NCBI GenBank assembly: GCA_964344035.1
Contig: CAYFLK010000002.1
Span: 2,117 to 66,116, forward strand
Length of the DNA: 64,000 nucleotides
Direction: 5' to 3'
Origin: an uncultured Pseudomonadota bacterium
GTDB taxonomy: Bacteria; SAR324; NAC60-12
The notes under the pieces were generated by a model, which was not told the DNA's origin, searched no databases, and saw only the letters and a list, made by a program, of their open reading frames with translations. A program made the translations under genes and the position numbers. Shown in pieces: positions 8,829 to 17,153 of this stretch (within the stretch, counting starts at the first letter, position 1; every line of letters starts with the position of its first letter).

Positions 8829-10352
8829 ATGGAATTGCCAAACGTCGAAACTCTGAGCGCGGCAGACAAGGTCTGGTTTGCTCAGGCGATCGCAGGGATG
8901 ATTGTCGCCGACGGAAAGGTCGATGAAAGTGAGATGAATTTTCTCAGGCAGGCGATCGGGTTTCTGGAAGACCGCGACGAGGTTGCCCGTATGATGAATA
9001 TTGTCAAACAGGGGAAGCCGCCACAATTGGAGGCAGCCGGAATTGAATCAAGGCAGGCGTTCATTATGCTGAAATACCTGTCGGAATTGATGGTTGCGGA
9101 TTCCAGGCTTTCAACTGGAGAAATCAGGTTTTTTCTTTATGCCGGAACACTGCTTGGCTTCACCAGGGGAATCCTTACCAAGCTTTGGAAAACTGCGCGT
9201 TCGCAATTGGAACGGCGCAAGCCCAAAGCCATTGTCAGTGTGGGGAATTTGGAAGCGGAAGTAGTTTTGATCGAACTTTCTGAAAGCAGATTCACATTCC
9301 GTTTTCCACTGGCACTGACACCGAATGCAAAAATCATCTTACGCATGCATAAAGATGGATCAGGAACATGGGACCCGGTGGCCTGCCGCATGCTCGGTCA
9401 AAGCAAGGACAAGTATGATGGGGGCAGCTTTTCTATTCACGCCAAGTTCGAACAAAAACTGGCTGAATCACATGGCGTGCTGCAGATTCTAAACCCTGAT
9501 CAGTTTCTTGGCAACGAGGGAATCGTTTTGAAACCGAAGAAGAATTCATTGATGGGACGGATGGTGCGTTGTTTTGTCTGTGACGAAAAACGTGTTCCGC
9601 ATTATGTGCTTCGCTCCCGGAGCATGATTACCGAGCCCAATATCTTTGGCGTACCTGCCTATATCAAAAGTGCGGGCAAGCTGGAATTCTGCGACTACAA
9701 CATGATTCAGGTCCACACCTGCCCAACCTGCGGATTTTCCAGCAACAGCATCGAATTCTATGGCAAACAGAAAACAGACCAGCCTCCTTTTGATGTCGAA
9801 GCATTCCGTGAAGGCTGGGAGGAAGCAATTCAGCCGTTACTGGAAACAACCAGGAACAACAAGGATGCATACTTCACTGAGGATCGTTCCGTGGAAATGG
9901 CACTGCTGTCATATGACATGGGACGAGCCACATTTCAACGGCTGGCCGACATCAGCATAGATGAGCAAACCAGAATAAACCTGCTGAGGAAAATGGCTTC
10001 AATGCTGCTGTTTCAGGCGGAATTGTTGATGGAAAACCAGCGGCGGAGTCAGGCCGAAGCAAACCTGAAACAAGTTGTTGACACCTTCGAACCGGTGTTT
10101 GAAATAATGGAAGGAGAAAGCATTCTCCGTGTGGCGTTGCTGATATTCCAAATCAAGATATATTTCAAGGATTACCAGTCTGCCGGGCAATACATGAAAT
10201 TTCTGGATAATTACGACACGGAGGGCAAACTGGATACCGCTTCCTCAGAATACAAAACCCTGCAGGTATGCTCGGCAAAACTGAAAAAATTCTTTGACGA
10301 CCGGGAGATACTGTCTCGTGACAATCTGTCCCGGTTTCACGTAGAGGATTAA
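8829..10352 (+). CDS. Multidomain protein: N-terminal TerB-like domain, central PilZ-like beta-barrel with degenerate c-di-GMP motifs, C-terminal DUF2225-type zinc ribbon plus helical (TPR-like) region
   Basis: TerB-like paired motifs IVADGKVDESEMNFL and MVADSRLSTGEIRFF. PilZ-like stretch ERRKPKAIVSV...VVLIELSESRFTFRF, where RxxxR and DxSxxG are not intact. DUF2225-like C-x2-C...C-P-x-C (RCFVCDEK...VHTCPTCGFSS) is followed by long helices. Confidence 0.7.
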   Translation: MELPNVETLSAADKVWFAQAIAGMIVADGKVDESEMNFLRQAIGFLEDRDEVARMMNIVKQGKPPQLEAAGIESRQAFIMLKYLSELMVADSRLSTGEIRFFLYAGTLLGFTRGILTKLWKTARSQLERRKPKAIVSVGNLEAEVVLIELSESRFTFRFPLALTPNAKIILRMHKDGSGTWDPVACRMLGQSKDKYDGGSFSIHAKFEQKLAESHGVLQILNPDQFLGNEGIVLKPKKNSLMGRMVRCFVCDEKRVPHYVLRSRSMITEPNIFGVPAYIKSAGKLEFCDYNMIQVHTCPTCGFSSNSIEFYGKQKTDQPPFDVEAFREGWEEAIQPLLETTRNNKDAYFTEDRSVEMALLSYDMGRATFQRLADISIDEQTRINLLRKMASMLLFQAELLMENQRRSQAEANLKQVVDTFEPVFEIMEGESILRVALLIFQIKIYFKDYQSAGQYMKFLDNYDTEGKLDTASSEYKTLQVCSAKLKKFFDDREILSRDNLSRFHVED

Positions 10353-10611
10353 CTGGCCTGTTGCATGGACAGGTCTTGCTTCTCCCATCCTCCGGTTTGT
10401 ATTTATCCTCATCTTTCACGCCGGTAAATGCAGATGAACTTTCCGGGAATAAAAAAAGCGTTGCTGTTATTCATTCGTGCTGGAGATGCCAGCTTAACCG
10501 GGAGCGGGTTGTGGTGAGGGAAAACAGAAAACTTTATTCACAACTTCTATACCTCGCATGGGGCTCTTGAGTGTTAGTGATTTAAAATGCCTGTAGTACA
10601 ATGGAGACTGC

Positions 10612-12204
10612 ATGACGGATCCTTCAGTAAACGCTGACGCTTCAACAAACAGCAAAAACGAGAACCGACCGCCGGCCAGACCAAGGAACCAGCGGGTATT
10701 GCTGTTGTTGCCGGAGGCCCTTTTGAAACGTCTGGGGACGCCCCTGCGGACCCGTTTGACCCAACAGGAACTGACAGTGCCGCTGGAACCGGAAACCATT
10801 GCGGAAGAAAAGCAGAACGAGTTTCAATGGTTGCTGCGTTTTCCGTGGAACCTGCCGAAACCCAAGAATGATAACCCAGTAAACAACCGACTCGTTTTCC
10901 GGGTCCCGGGGATGGCAAAACTCAGGGAGGAAAAACTGCCCCCTGCTCCGGATGAGCGAATTAATAATTTGACCAGACGTTTTCATGATTTAAATTCTCA
11001 GCTTGAAGAACGCTGCCGAAAACCGGGATTTCTCAAACTGGTGGGTACCGATGCAGTTATTCGTGAGAAACAGAGGGAAGTGGAAACATTGAAAGCCAAA
11101 CTGGAGCAGTTAAACAAGGAAATTAATAAAGTTGACAAATCTTATTATCAGGCCATCAGTTACATCTTCAGCACAGCCATAGAACGCTTGACGGGCGTTG
11201 CGGTGCTGGAAAAACTGATGAAGGGTTTGATCCGCATCATGCTGATCGATGACCTAGAAAAACGCACGATCGAGGGGCTGGTGCAAAAAAACTACAGCCG
11301 CAAATACCTTTCGCACATGAGTACCAAAGAGCTTGAAGAAAAATACCGCGCCTACAAACAGGAACATGAGAAAGACTCGGAAAGGGAAATGTCCATCGGG
11401 GAATTCATCTTCAAATCACCTGAATTTGAGAAAGTCGATATCGTTTTCTTTAACCGCTGGGATTTTGATGAAGACAGCTTCTTCGTCCCGGTAGCTTTGC
11501 GGAAAAAAACCATTCTCAGCAAACAGGAGCAACGCAAGGCAAAGCAGAATCCGGAATATATTCAAAAGCAGATTGAACAGGAAGAAGCAGGATTGAAGTC
11601 CGCCAATGAACGGCTAAAAGAAGTGATGAAAGATATTAAGCGCATGGAGAAAAGCCATGAAGACGACGAATCCAAATATCAGGCGTACTTGAGTTCCCGC
11701 AAAAGGGTAATCAAGGACATCAAAAGGCGCGAAGCCAGGATAAAATCACTGAAACGCCCGATCAAAATGGAGGACCAGGCTTCCATCGTCAAATTCGATC
11801 TTTATGAAACCTTCAAAGACAACCAGTCTTTCATGGACCGCCTTGGAGACAAGGTTTCAGGTTGGGGACTGGATACCCTCTGGGAGAAGCACATGAATCC
11901 GGATGACCGGTTCAGTTTCGTCAAACTGCAGGAGATGTCGAAGCTGGCAAAGGAATGGATACGCACGAAGTCAATGTTCGACAAATTAAGCAGCGGCACT
12001 GACAACCTGGCCGATCAGTTGCTGCAGTTCTCGGCTGAGCATGATTTGCTGGTGAAAGAATCCCGTTCCCGGGCTGCCGGTCCGGGGAACTACCAGCCGC
12101 TGCTCGACGAACACATCCTCGATTCTCTTGAACGGGCTGTTATCAGTTGTGAAATCGTCAACGGTTTTGAACGTGTGCGTCAAGCTTCCAGGGATGGATT
12201 TTGA
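10612..12204 (+). CDS. Hypothetical 530-aa Lys/Glu-rich coiled-coil protein
   Basis: Long uninterrupted ORF with heptad-like K/E/Q-rich segments (EKQREVETLKAKLEQLNKEINK; KEVMKDIKRMEKSHEDDESKYQ). I recognise no family motif. Its stop overlaps the start of the next gene. Confidence 0.7.
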   Translation: MTDPSVNADASTNSKNENRPPARPRNQRVLLLLPEALLKRLGTPLRTRLTQQELTVPLEPETIAEEKQNEFQWLLRFPWNLPKPKNDNPVNNRLVFRVPGMAKLREEKLPPAPDERINNLTRRFHDLNSQLEERCRKPGFLKLVGTDAVIREKQREVETLKAKLEQLNKEINKVDKSYYQAISYIFSTAIERLTGVAVLEKLMKGLIRIMLIDDLEKRTIEGLVQKNYSRKYLSHMSTKELEEKYRAYKQEHEKDSEREMSIGEFIFKSPEFEKVDIVFFNRWDFDEDSFFVPVALRKKTILSKQEQRKAKQNPEYIQKQIEQEEAGLKSANERLKEVMKDIKRMEKSHEDDESKYQAYLSSRKRVIKDIKRREARIKSLKRPIKMEDQASIVKFDLYETFKDNQSFMDRLGDKVSGWGLDTLWEKHMNPDDRFSFVKLQEMSKLAKEWIRTKSMFDKLSSGTDNLADQLLQFSAEHDLLVKESRSRAAGPGNYQPLLDEHILDSLERAVISCEIVNGFERVRQASRDGF

Positions 12205-12670
12205 ACAGGAATTGTCCGCCTCCGGAGGGACTTACATTCTGATACTGAATGCCTCAAGCAGCTTCCGTGTACTGATTGGACGATTGGGCATATTTGAAGG
12301 GAAGCCTGGAGTTTATTTGTATGTGGGCAGCGCTTTTGGCCCCGGGGGGATCAAAGCCCGGTTGGGACGCCATGCGGGGTTGAGCAGGCGTCATCACTGG
12401 CATATCGATTACCTGCGCAGAGAAGTTACGCTGTCGCAAGTGTGGTATACCCATGATCCCGAGCGGAGAGAACACCTGTGGGCAGGAATTTGGCGCATGT
12501 GGCCGCAATCCCAGGTGCTCATGCCCGGATTTGGATCTTCAGACTGTTCCTGCCTAACTCACCTCTTCCACCTCCCTGAATTCCCGGACTTACAGGAATT
12601 TCGTGCAGTTGCATATGACAAGCAGACAAATCATGAAGAAATCCTTTCCTGGGTCCCCCTTTCTTCATGA
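12194..12670 (+). CDS. GIY-YIG (URI superfamily) endonuclease-like protein, DUF123 family
   Basis: Motifs GVYLYVGSA...ARLGRH....HWHIDYL...GFGSSDCSCLTHLF match the DUF123/COG1833 pattern as I recall it. The ATG at 12194 overlaps the upstream stop (12202-12204) by 11 nt. The longer track ORF from 12128 would overlap more. Confidence 0.8.
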   Translation: MDFEQELSASGGTYILILNASSSFRVLIGRLGIFEGKPGVYLYVGSAFGPGGIKARLGRHAGLSRRHHWHIDYLRREVTLSQVWYTHDPERREHLWAGIWRMWPQSQVLMPGFGSSDCSCLTHLFHLPEFPDLQEFRAVAYDKQTNHEEILSWVPLSS

Positions 12671-13621
12671 TGAACTGGTTTGGTCAAGCAGCGCGTCTTT
12701 CTTCTCCCAGAGATCGTTTAGCCATTTACGGGTTGTCTGGAACCCTTCTATTTCTTTCAAACTTTCCGGCAGCGGGGCGTTATCCCCATCGAGCGGGAGT
12801 TGATCAATTTTCACCACCACTTTTTTTACCCTGCCGAATGCGAGGTCCCAGAATTTTGGAGAACTGAGCCCGGGGTAGCTGATGGTGACGTCGAGCACGG
12901 AGGTCAGTTGATCGCCGATTGTGGAAAGTACCATGTGCACTCCCCCGGCACGAGGTTTTAGCAGATTGCGATAGGGTGACTTGAAGCGCGAGTGTTTTGA
13001 GTGGGTGAACCGTGTACCTTCCACAAAATTGATGATGGTGAAAGGTTCGCCGCGCAGAGATTCACAGGACTTCCTGGTGGTATCAAGGTCCTTTCCGTGC
13101 ATCTCAGGATGCAGATTCAGATAAGTGCGGGAATAACGTTTCATAACCGGCATTTCATAACTCCACAATGCCTGCCCGAAAACCGGGATCCACAGCAATT
13201 CCTGTTTGAGAAAAAAACGCGGGAAAGGCATCTTCTCGCGGGCAATGAGGAAAATAGAGATGATGTCTCCCGCGGAGAGATGATTGCTGATCACCAGGTA
13301 AGAACCTTTCGGTCTCAAGCCTTCCTGCCCGCTGATTTGATACTCCACCTGGTGCAGGAAGGAAAACAGGGCATTGTGTGAATAAATCCAGCGGTTGGCC
13401 AATCCGTAGAACCATTTTCGCAAAACTGACCGGGCGCGTGTCCCGCTGAGCAAATACTTGAATGGAACCAGTGCCAGGATGATCAGACCGACTCCAAGGG
13501 TGGAGATAAGCAGCCAGAGGATGATCAGTATTCCCTTGATGACGTCAGGAAGAATACCGACCAGCCGGGGAGTTGTATCGGGGAAATCGGCGTCTGAATC
13601 AGCGCGGGGCGACATATCCAT
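12665..13621 (-). CDS. Membrane-anchored lysophospholipid/glycerolipid acyltransferase (PlsC/YihG-like)
   Basis: HX4D motif VISNHLSAGD and FVEGTRF motif, with an N-terminal TM helix. The start is placed at internal Met (MDMSPRAD...) so that overlap with the cfa 3' end is about 23 nt rather than about 155 nt. Confidence 0.8.
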   Translation of the reverse strand: MDMSPRADSDADFPDTTPRLVGILPDVIKGILIILWLLISTLGVGLIILALVPFKYLLSGTRARSVLRKWFYGLANRWIYSHNALFSFLHQVEYQISGQEGLRPKGSYLVISNHLSAGDIISIFLIAREKMPFPRFFLKQELLWIPVFGQALWSYEMPVMKRYSRTYLNLHPEMHGKDLDTTRKSCESLRGEPFTIINFVEGTRFTHSKHSRFKSPYRNLLKPRAGGVHMVLSTIGDQLTSVLDVTISYPGLSSPKFWDLAFGRVKKVVVKIDQLPLDGDNAPLPESLKEIEGFQTTRKWLNDLWEKKDALLDQTSSS

Positions 13622-14714
13622 GGGGAAGCCCCTGTTTGGAAAACACGAGTTGCCAAAGTTGATTGCGCCTTGCTCTAAAAGAACCTGCACAGCTGAGAAG
13701 GTAGAATTTCCACATGCGGAAAAACCGTTCGTCATAATAATGAACCAGTTCACGCCAGTGATGCTGAAAATTGCGTAACCAGTGCATCAGGGTCCGGTCA
13801 TAATCGATGCCGAAGTTGTGCCAGTCTTCAAGTAAAAGCAGACCCTCAGCGGCTTCACTGATTTGTTTTGCCGACGGCAGCATTGAATTTGGAAATATAT
13901 AACGCTTTACCCAGGGATTGGTTGTCACTTCTGAACGATTGTTGCCTATGGTCTGCAGCAGGAAAAGACCGCCTTTTATCAGGCAGCGGTTGATGATTTG
14001 AAAATACGTGTGGTAATTATGGTAACCCACGTGTTCAAACATGCCGATGGAAACGATACGGTCATATTTTTCATTGACTTCACGGTAATCTTTTACCTGG
14101 ATTTCCACCGGCAGTCCCAGGCATTCCTCCTTGGCCAGATCCGCCTGTTTCCGGGAAATAGTGATCCCCACCACCTTTACTGAAAACCGTTCCACCAGAA
14201 ACCTGGCGGTCCCACCCCATCCGCAGCCGATATCAAGGACTCGCATTCCGGGTTCGAGCATCAGCTTGCGTCCTATCAGATCCAGCTTTGCCTCCTGTGC
14301 CTGGTCCAGCGTTTTCGCATCCCTCCAGTAGGCGCAGCTGTAGATCATCCGCCGATCAAGCATCCGTTGGTAAAGTTCGTTTCCAATGTCATAGTGCGCT
14401 TCCCCGACCTCGAATGCGCGCAAGGGTTTCTGAAAATTGATCAGCATGGATTGCAGCAGGTAGAACCAATGGAACCAGGGGTGTAGTTTGCGGTCCAGTT
14501 CTAACCCCAAGACACGGGTCATCATCTCATCCAGCTGATCACAGTCCCACCATCCTTCCATATAAGTTTCTCCTACGCCAAGGGAACCGTCCCGCAGGAT
14601 ACGTCGGTAAGTACGCGGATCATGCACCTGCACATCCCAGGGGCGATCCCCGTTCAGCAATACTCCTGCCTGTTCAAGCAACGACTGCAGTTTAGTCATG
14701 AACAAGTTTTTCAT
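13599..14714 (-). CDS. cfa: Cyclopropane-fatty-acyl-phospholipid synthase
   Basis: Typical Cfa N-terminus (...WDVQVHDPRTYRRILRDGSLGVGETYMEGWWDC), SAM motif VLDIGCGWGG, and a length of 371 aa. Confidence 0.9.
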   Translation of the reverse strand: MKNLFMTKLQSLLEQAGVLLNGDRPWDVQVHDPRTYRRILRDGSLGVGETYMEGWWDCDQLDEMMTRVLGLELDRKLHPWFHWFYLLQSMLINFQKPLRAFEVGEAHYDIGNELYQRMLDRRMIYSCAYWRDAKTLDQAQEAKLDLIGRKLMLEPGMRVLDIGCGWGGTARFLVERFSVKVVGITISRKQADLAKEECLGLPVEIQVKDYREVNEKYDRIVSIGMFEHVGYHNYHTYFQIINRCLIKGGLFLLQTIGNNRSEVTTNPWVKRYIFPNSMLPSAKQISEAAEGLLLLEDWHNFGIDYDRTLMHWLRNFQHHWRELVHYYDERFFRMWKFYLLSCAGSFRARRNQLWQLVFSKQGLPHGYVAPR

Positions 14715-14725
14715 GGCTCTCTCGC

Positions 14726-16183
14726 TTACAAACTTCCGGCAAATCGCAGTACGTCCTGCAATTTTGAATTGTGAAACAACCAGTAATCAGGCTGATAACC
14801 TGAAGGTGCCACCGGGTTGCTGTCCTCGTCAAGGTGGAGACGGTGGCTGATGGAAAGCAGAATCCGGGAATGGGGCAGCTGGTACAAAGGGATAGAACGG
14901 TCACGGGGGAAAGTCCCTGTCATTGAACCCACCAAATAGGAATCATTCAGTTGTTTTGCCAATGCAGCAAGAAACTGACACCCGTCTCCACAATGTTCAT
15001 TGACGACCACAACCATGCGCTTGTTCCATGCGGGAGCATCGGCAATTCCGCTGAAAATGAATTTTGTTTCTACCCATTTTTCCTGAATATCATTTTCCTG
15101 ATAATGTTCAAGCAAAGACAGCAGCTGCAGGCGTCGTTTTTCAAGCACATCCCTGACAACCAGTGGATTGCGTGAATAACGCAGGTCCCACTGCACACGG
15201 TTCATCAGGCCCCGCATGATAGGGATTGTCTGTTTTTCAAGGAGGATGACGTTTTTCCATTGATTCCCTGTCAGTTCACGCAGCCATTTTTCGATGAATG
15301 AAAAAGTGCCGTCATGGTTGCCGCGTACATCCAGCACCAGCTTTCCGGCCTTCCGCAACTGCCGACCGACCTTCAAAAATTCCCGGGTTGCCCGCTCCCG
15401 GTCTTTGCCCTCCCGGTACCAGGCAAGGTAGGGTATATGTCCGTCAGAGAATTTGAATAACCGGGAACCTGGTATAGTGCGTTTTGCCTTGGCTAAAGTC
15501 AGGGGGAGGACAACCTTTTCCCTTGTCCCCAGTTCATTTTCGAAATCACACACCAGCGGCTGAGGCTGCAAGGTGTCCAGTTTCCCCAGTTCAAACCTTG
15601 GTTCATCGGCACGCTCGGGGATAACAGGAAACAGCTTCTGTTTCCCGGAACTGCAGCCGGCCAGCCAGTGATTTGCGATGATTGGGTATGCGATGTCCGG
15701 AAGGACCCGGTTGCGCCCCTGTTGCCGCACGATTCTCAGCCCCGTAGAGAATGCAGCCCTCGGTTCAACCTGGCTGTAGTAATGGCGTTTTTGCAGAAAG
15801 AGGTCCCCGCGCAGTTGTGGATCCTCCGTGAATGAAAGCTCCTGCAGCAGTTTCTGCTGGAAATGATGTGTGAGCAGCGGGTTGGGGTTGGCCTGCAGTT
15901 CCTGCTCAAGAGATGAGAATATTTCCTCCCAGTCCGTGCCCGCCTGTTTGAGGATGCGATGCCGGGCATAGGTGTTCCGCAACAACCATTTTGTCACTTG
16001 CAAATCGGTCTGCATTTGTGCGCGTGTGAGAAAAGGAGGGGCTTCGCCGGACAAATCAATTGGCAGCACCGACACCAGCGCATGGGTAGGGGCGGTGAAT
16101 CCGAACAACGCACCAATGCACAACAGGGAAGTTTGAAATAATACGAAAACTGTTCGTATTCTATCCCGGTTCATGTGGTTCAT
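14726..16183 (-). CDS. Secreted S41 (tail-specific protease)-like protein apparently lacking the Ser/Lys dyad
   Basis: Signal peptide (...LLCIGALFGFTAPTHA). S41-like LVLDVRGNHDG and VVVVNEHCGDGCQFLAALA...LVGSMTGTFP align by eye to DLRxNxGG and xSASASEIFA...VGxxTxGKG. The nucleophile Ser and the Lys positions are substituted. The start overlaps the rsmA stop (ATGA). Confidence 0.6.
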   Translation of the reverse strand: MNHMNRDRIRTVFVLFQTSLLCIGALFGFTAPTHALVSVLPIDLSGEAPPFLTRAQMQTDLQVTKWLLRNTYARHRILKQAGTDWEEIFSSLEQELQANPNPLLTHHFQQKLLQELSFTEDPQLRGDLFLQKRHYYSQVEPRAAFSTGLRIVRQQGRNRVLPDIAYPIIANHWLAGCSSGKQKLFPVIPERADEPRFELGKLDTLQPQPLVCDFENELGTREKVVLPLTLAKAKRTIPGSRLFKFSDGHIPYLAWYREGKDRERATREFLKVGRQLRKAGKLVLDVRGNHDGTFSFIEKWLRELTGNQWKNVILLEKQTIPIMRGLMNRVQWDLRYSRNPLVVRDVLEKRRLQLLSLLEHYQENDIQEKWVETKFIFSGIADAPAWNKRMVVVVNEHCGDGCQFLAALAKQLNDSYLVGSMTGTFPRDRSIPLYQLPHSRILLSISHRLHLDEDSNPVAPSGYQPDYWLFHNSKLQDVLRFAGSL

Positions 16184-16962
16184 ACCTGGTAATCACGGAA
16201 CAGCATCTTCCACTCTTCCAGAGATAATCCATCCGGACGGCGCATTCCCCATTCCTGTTTCAAAGCGCCTGCTCTACGTCGATGCCATTCCGGAAAATGC
16301 CTCTGAATATTGTTGATCAGCGTCTTGCGACGATGCTGAAACAAACGCCGCGTCCAGTCCAGGAAAACGGACTCCTCTTCGGTTTTCATTCCCGAATCCA
16401 TGGGAACCAGGTGCACGACCGCGGACCTGACTTTCGGCGGGGGTCTAAACGCCTGGGGCGGAACGCGGGTTACAATGCGGCTCTTAAATGCAAGACCCGC
16501 GGCAATGGAGAGGGGTCCAAAATGCTTCTTGGCTTGTGGAGTCGCGCAGATCCGTTCCGCAACTTCATCCTGCACCATCACCGTCAGAGACGTCCATGCG
16601 CGCCTCACTGGAAGCAGGCGCAGCAGAAGCGCAGTCGCAATTTGATAGGGCAGATTGGCAACCAGTTTGTAGGGTGGCGAATGGCATTCCGCCAAGTCTT
16701 CGATTGACATTGACATCACGTCTCCTTCAAGCAAATGAAATCCCGGGCAAGTCCCGAAAATTGTCTTCAAAACATCACACAGTTCCGGATCGACTTCTAT
16801 GGAAGTAACCTGAGCTTTGCGTTGCAAAAGCGCCTGCGTGAGGAAACCACGTCCGGCCCCGATTTCCAGCACACTGTCACAGGAACATATTCCCGCGCAC
16901 TCAAGCATTTCTTCCACAACCCCCCTTCTGATCAGGAAATGCTGCCCCCACTTTTTGCTCAT
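16180..16962 (-). CDS. rsmA: 16S rRNA (adenine1518/1519-N6)-dimethyltransferase
   Basis: N-terminus KKWGQHFL, SAM motif VLEIGAGRGFLT, and the NLPY motif (VANLPYQI). Confidence 0.9.
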   Translation of the reverse strand: MSKKWGQHFLIRRGVVEEMLECAGICSCDSVLEIGAGRGFLTQALLQRKAQVTSIEVDPELCDVLKTIFGTCPGFHLLEGDVMSMSIEDLAECHSPPYKLVANLPYQIATALLLRLLPVRRAWTSLTVMVQDEVAERICATPQAKKHFGPLSIAAGLAFKSRIVTRVPPQAFRPPPKVRSAVVHLVPMDSGMKTEEESVFLDWTRRLFQHRRKTLINNIQRHFPEWHRRRAGALKQEWGMRRPDGLSLEEWKMLFRDYQV

Positions 16963-17153
16963 CCTGAACTCCGGACGGTCCTTTTTTCAGCCCCAATCTG
17001 CATCATTCACTGTATCGCAAAATGAAATTGATTTGAACCGCCAGATTTGTTATGATCAATAAAAATAAATAATTCAGTATCTTGTCTTCCTTCTGCCGCG
17101 TCTTTAAATGTTGCGGTACGCGTCAAATAATCACCCCTGAACCAGACACAGTT

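Noticed and set aside
8664-9026. Minus-strand 120-aa ORF overlapping the start of the TerB-domain gene
   Set aside because: It overlaps a much longer ORF that has clear domain motifs. It has no motif or RBS of its own.
16963-17153. A heat-shock (sigma32) or CIRCE-type element upstream of lon
   Set aside because: I could not find a convincing CTTGAAA...CCCCAT pair or a CIRCE palindrome. The best TTGAAC/TATGAT pair has only a 12-nt spacer.
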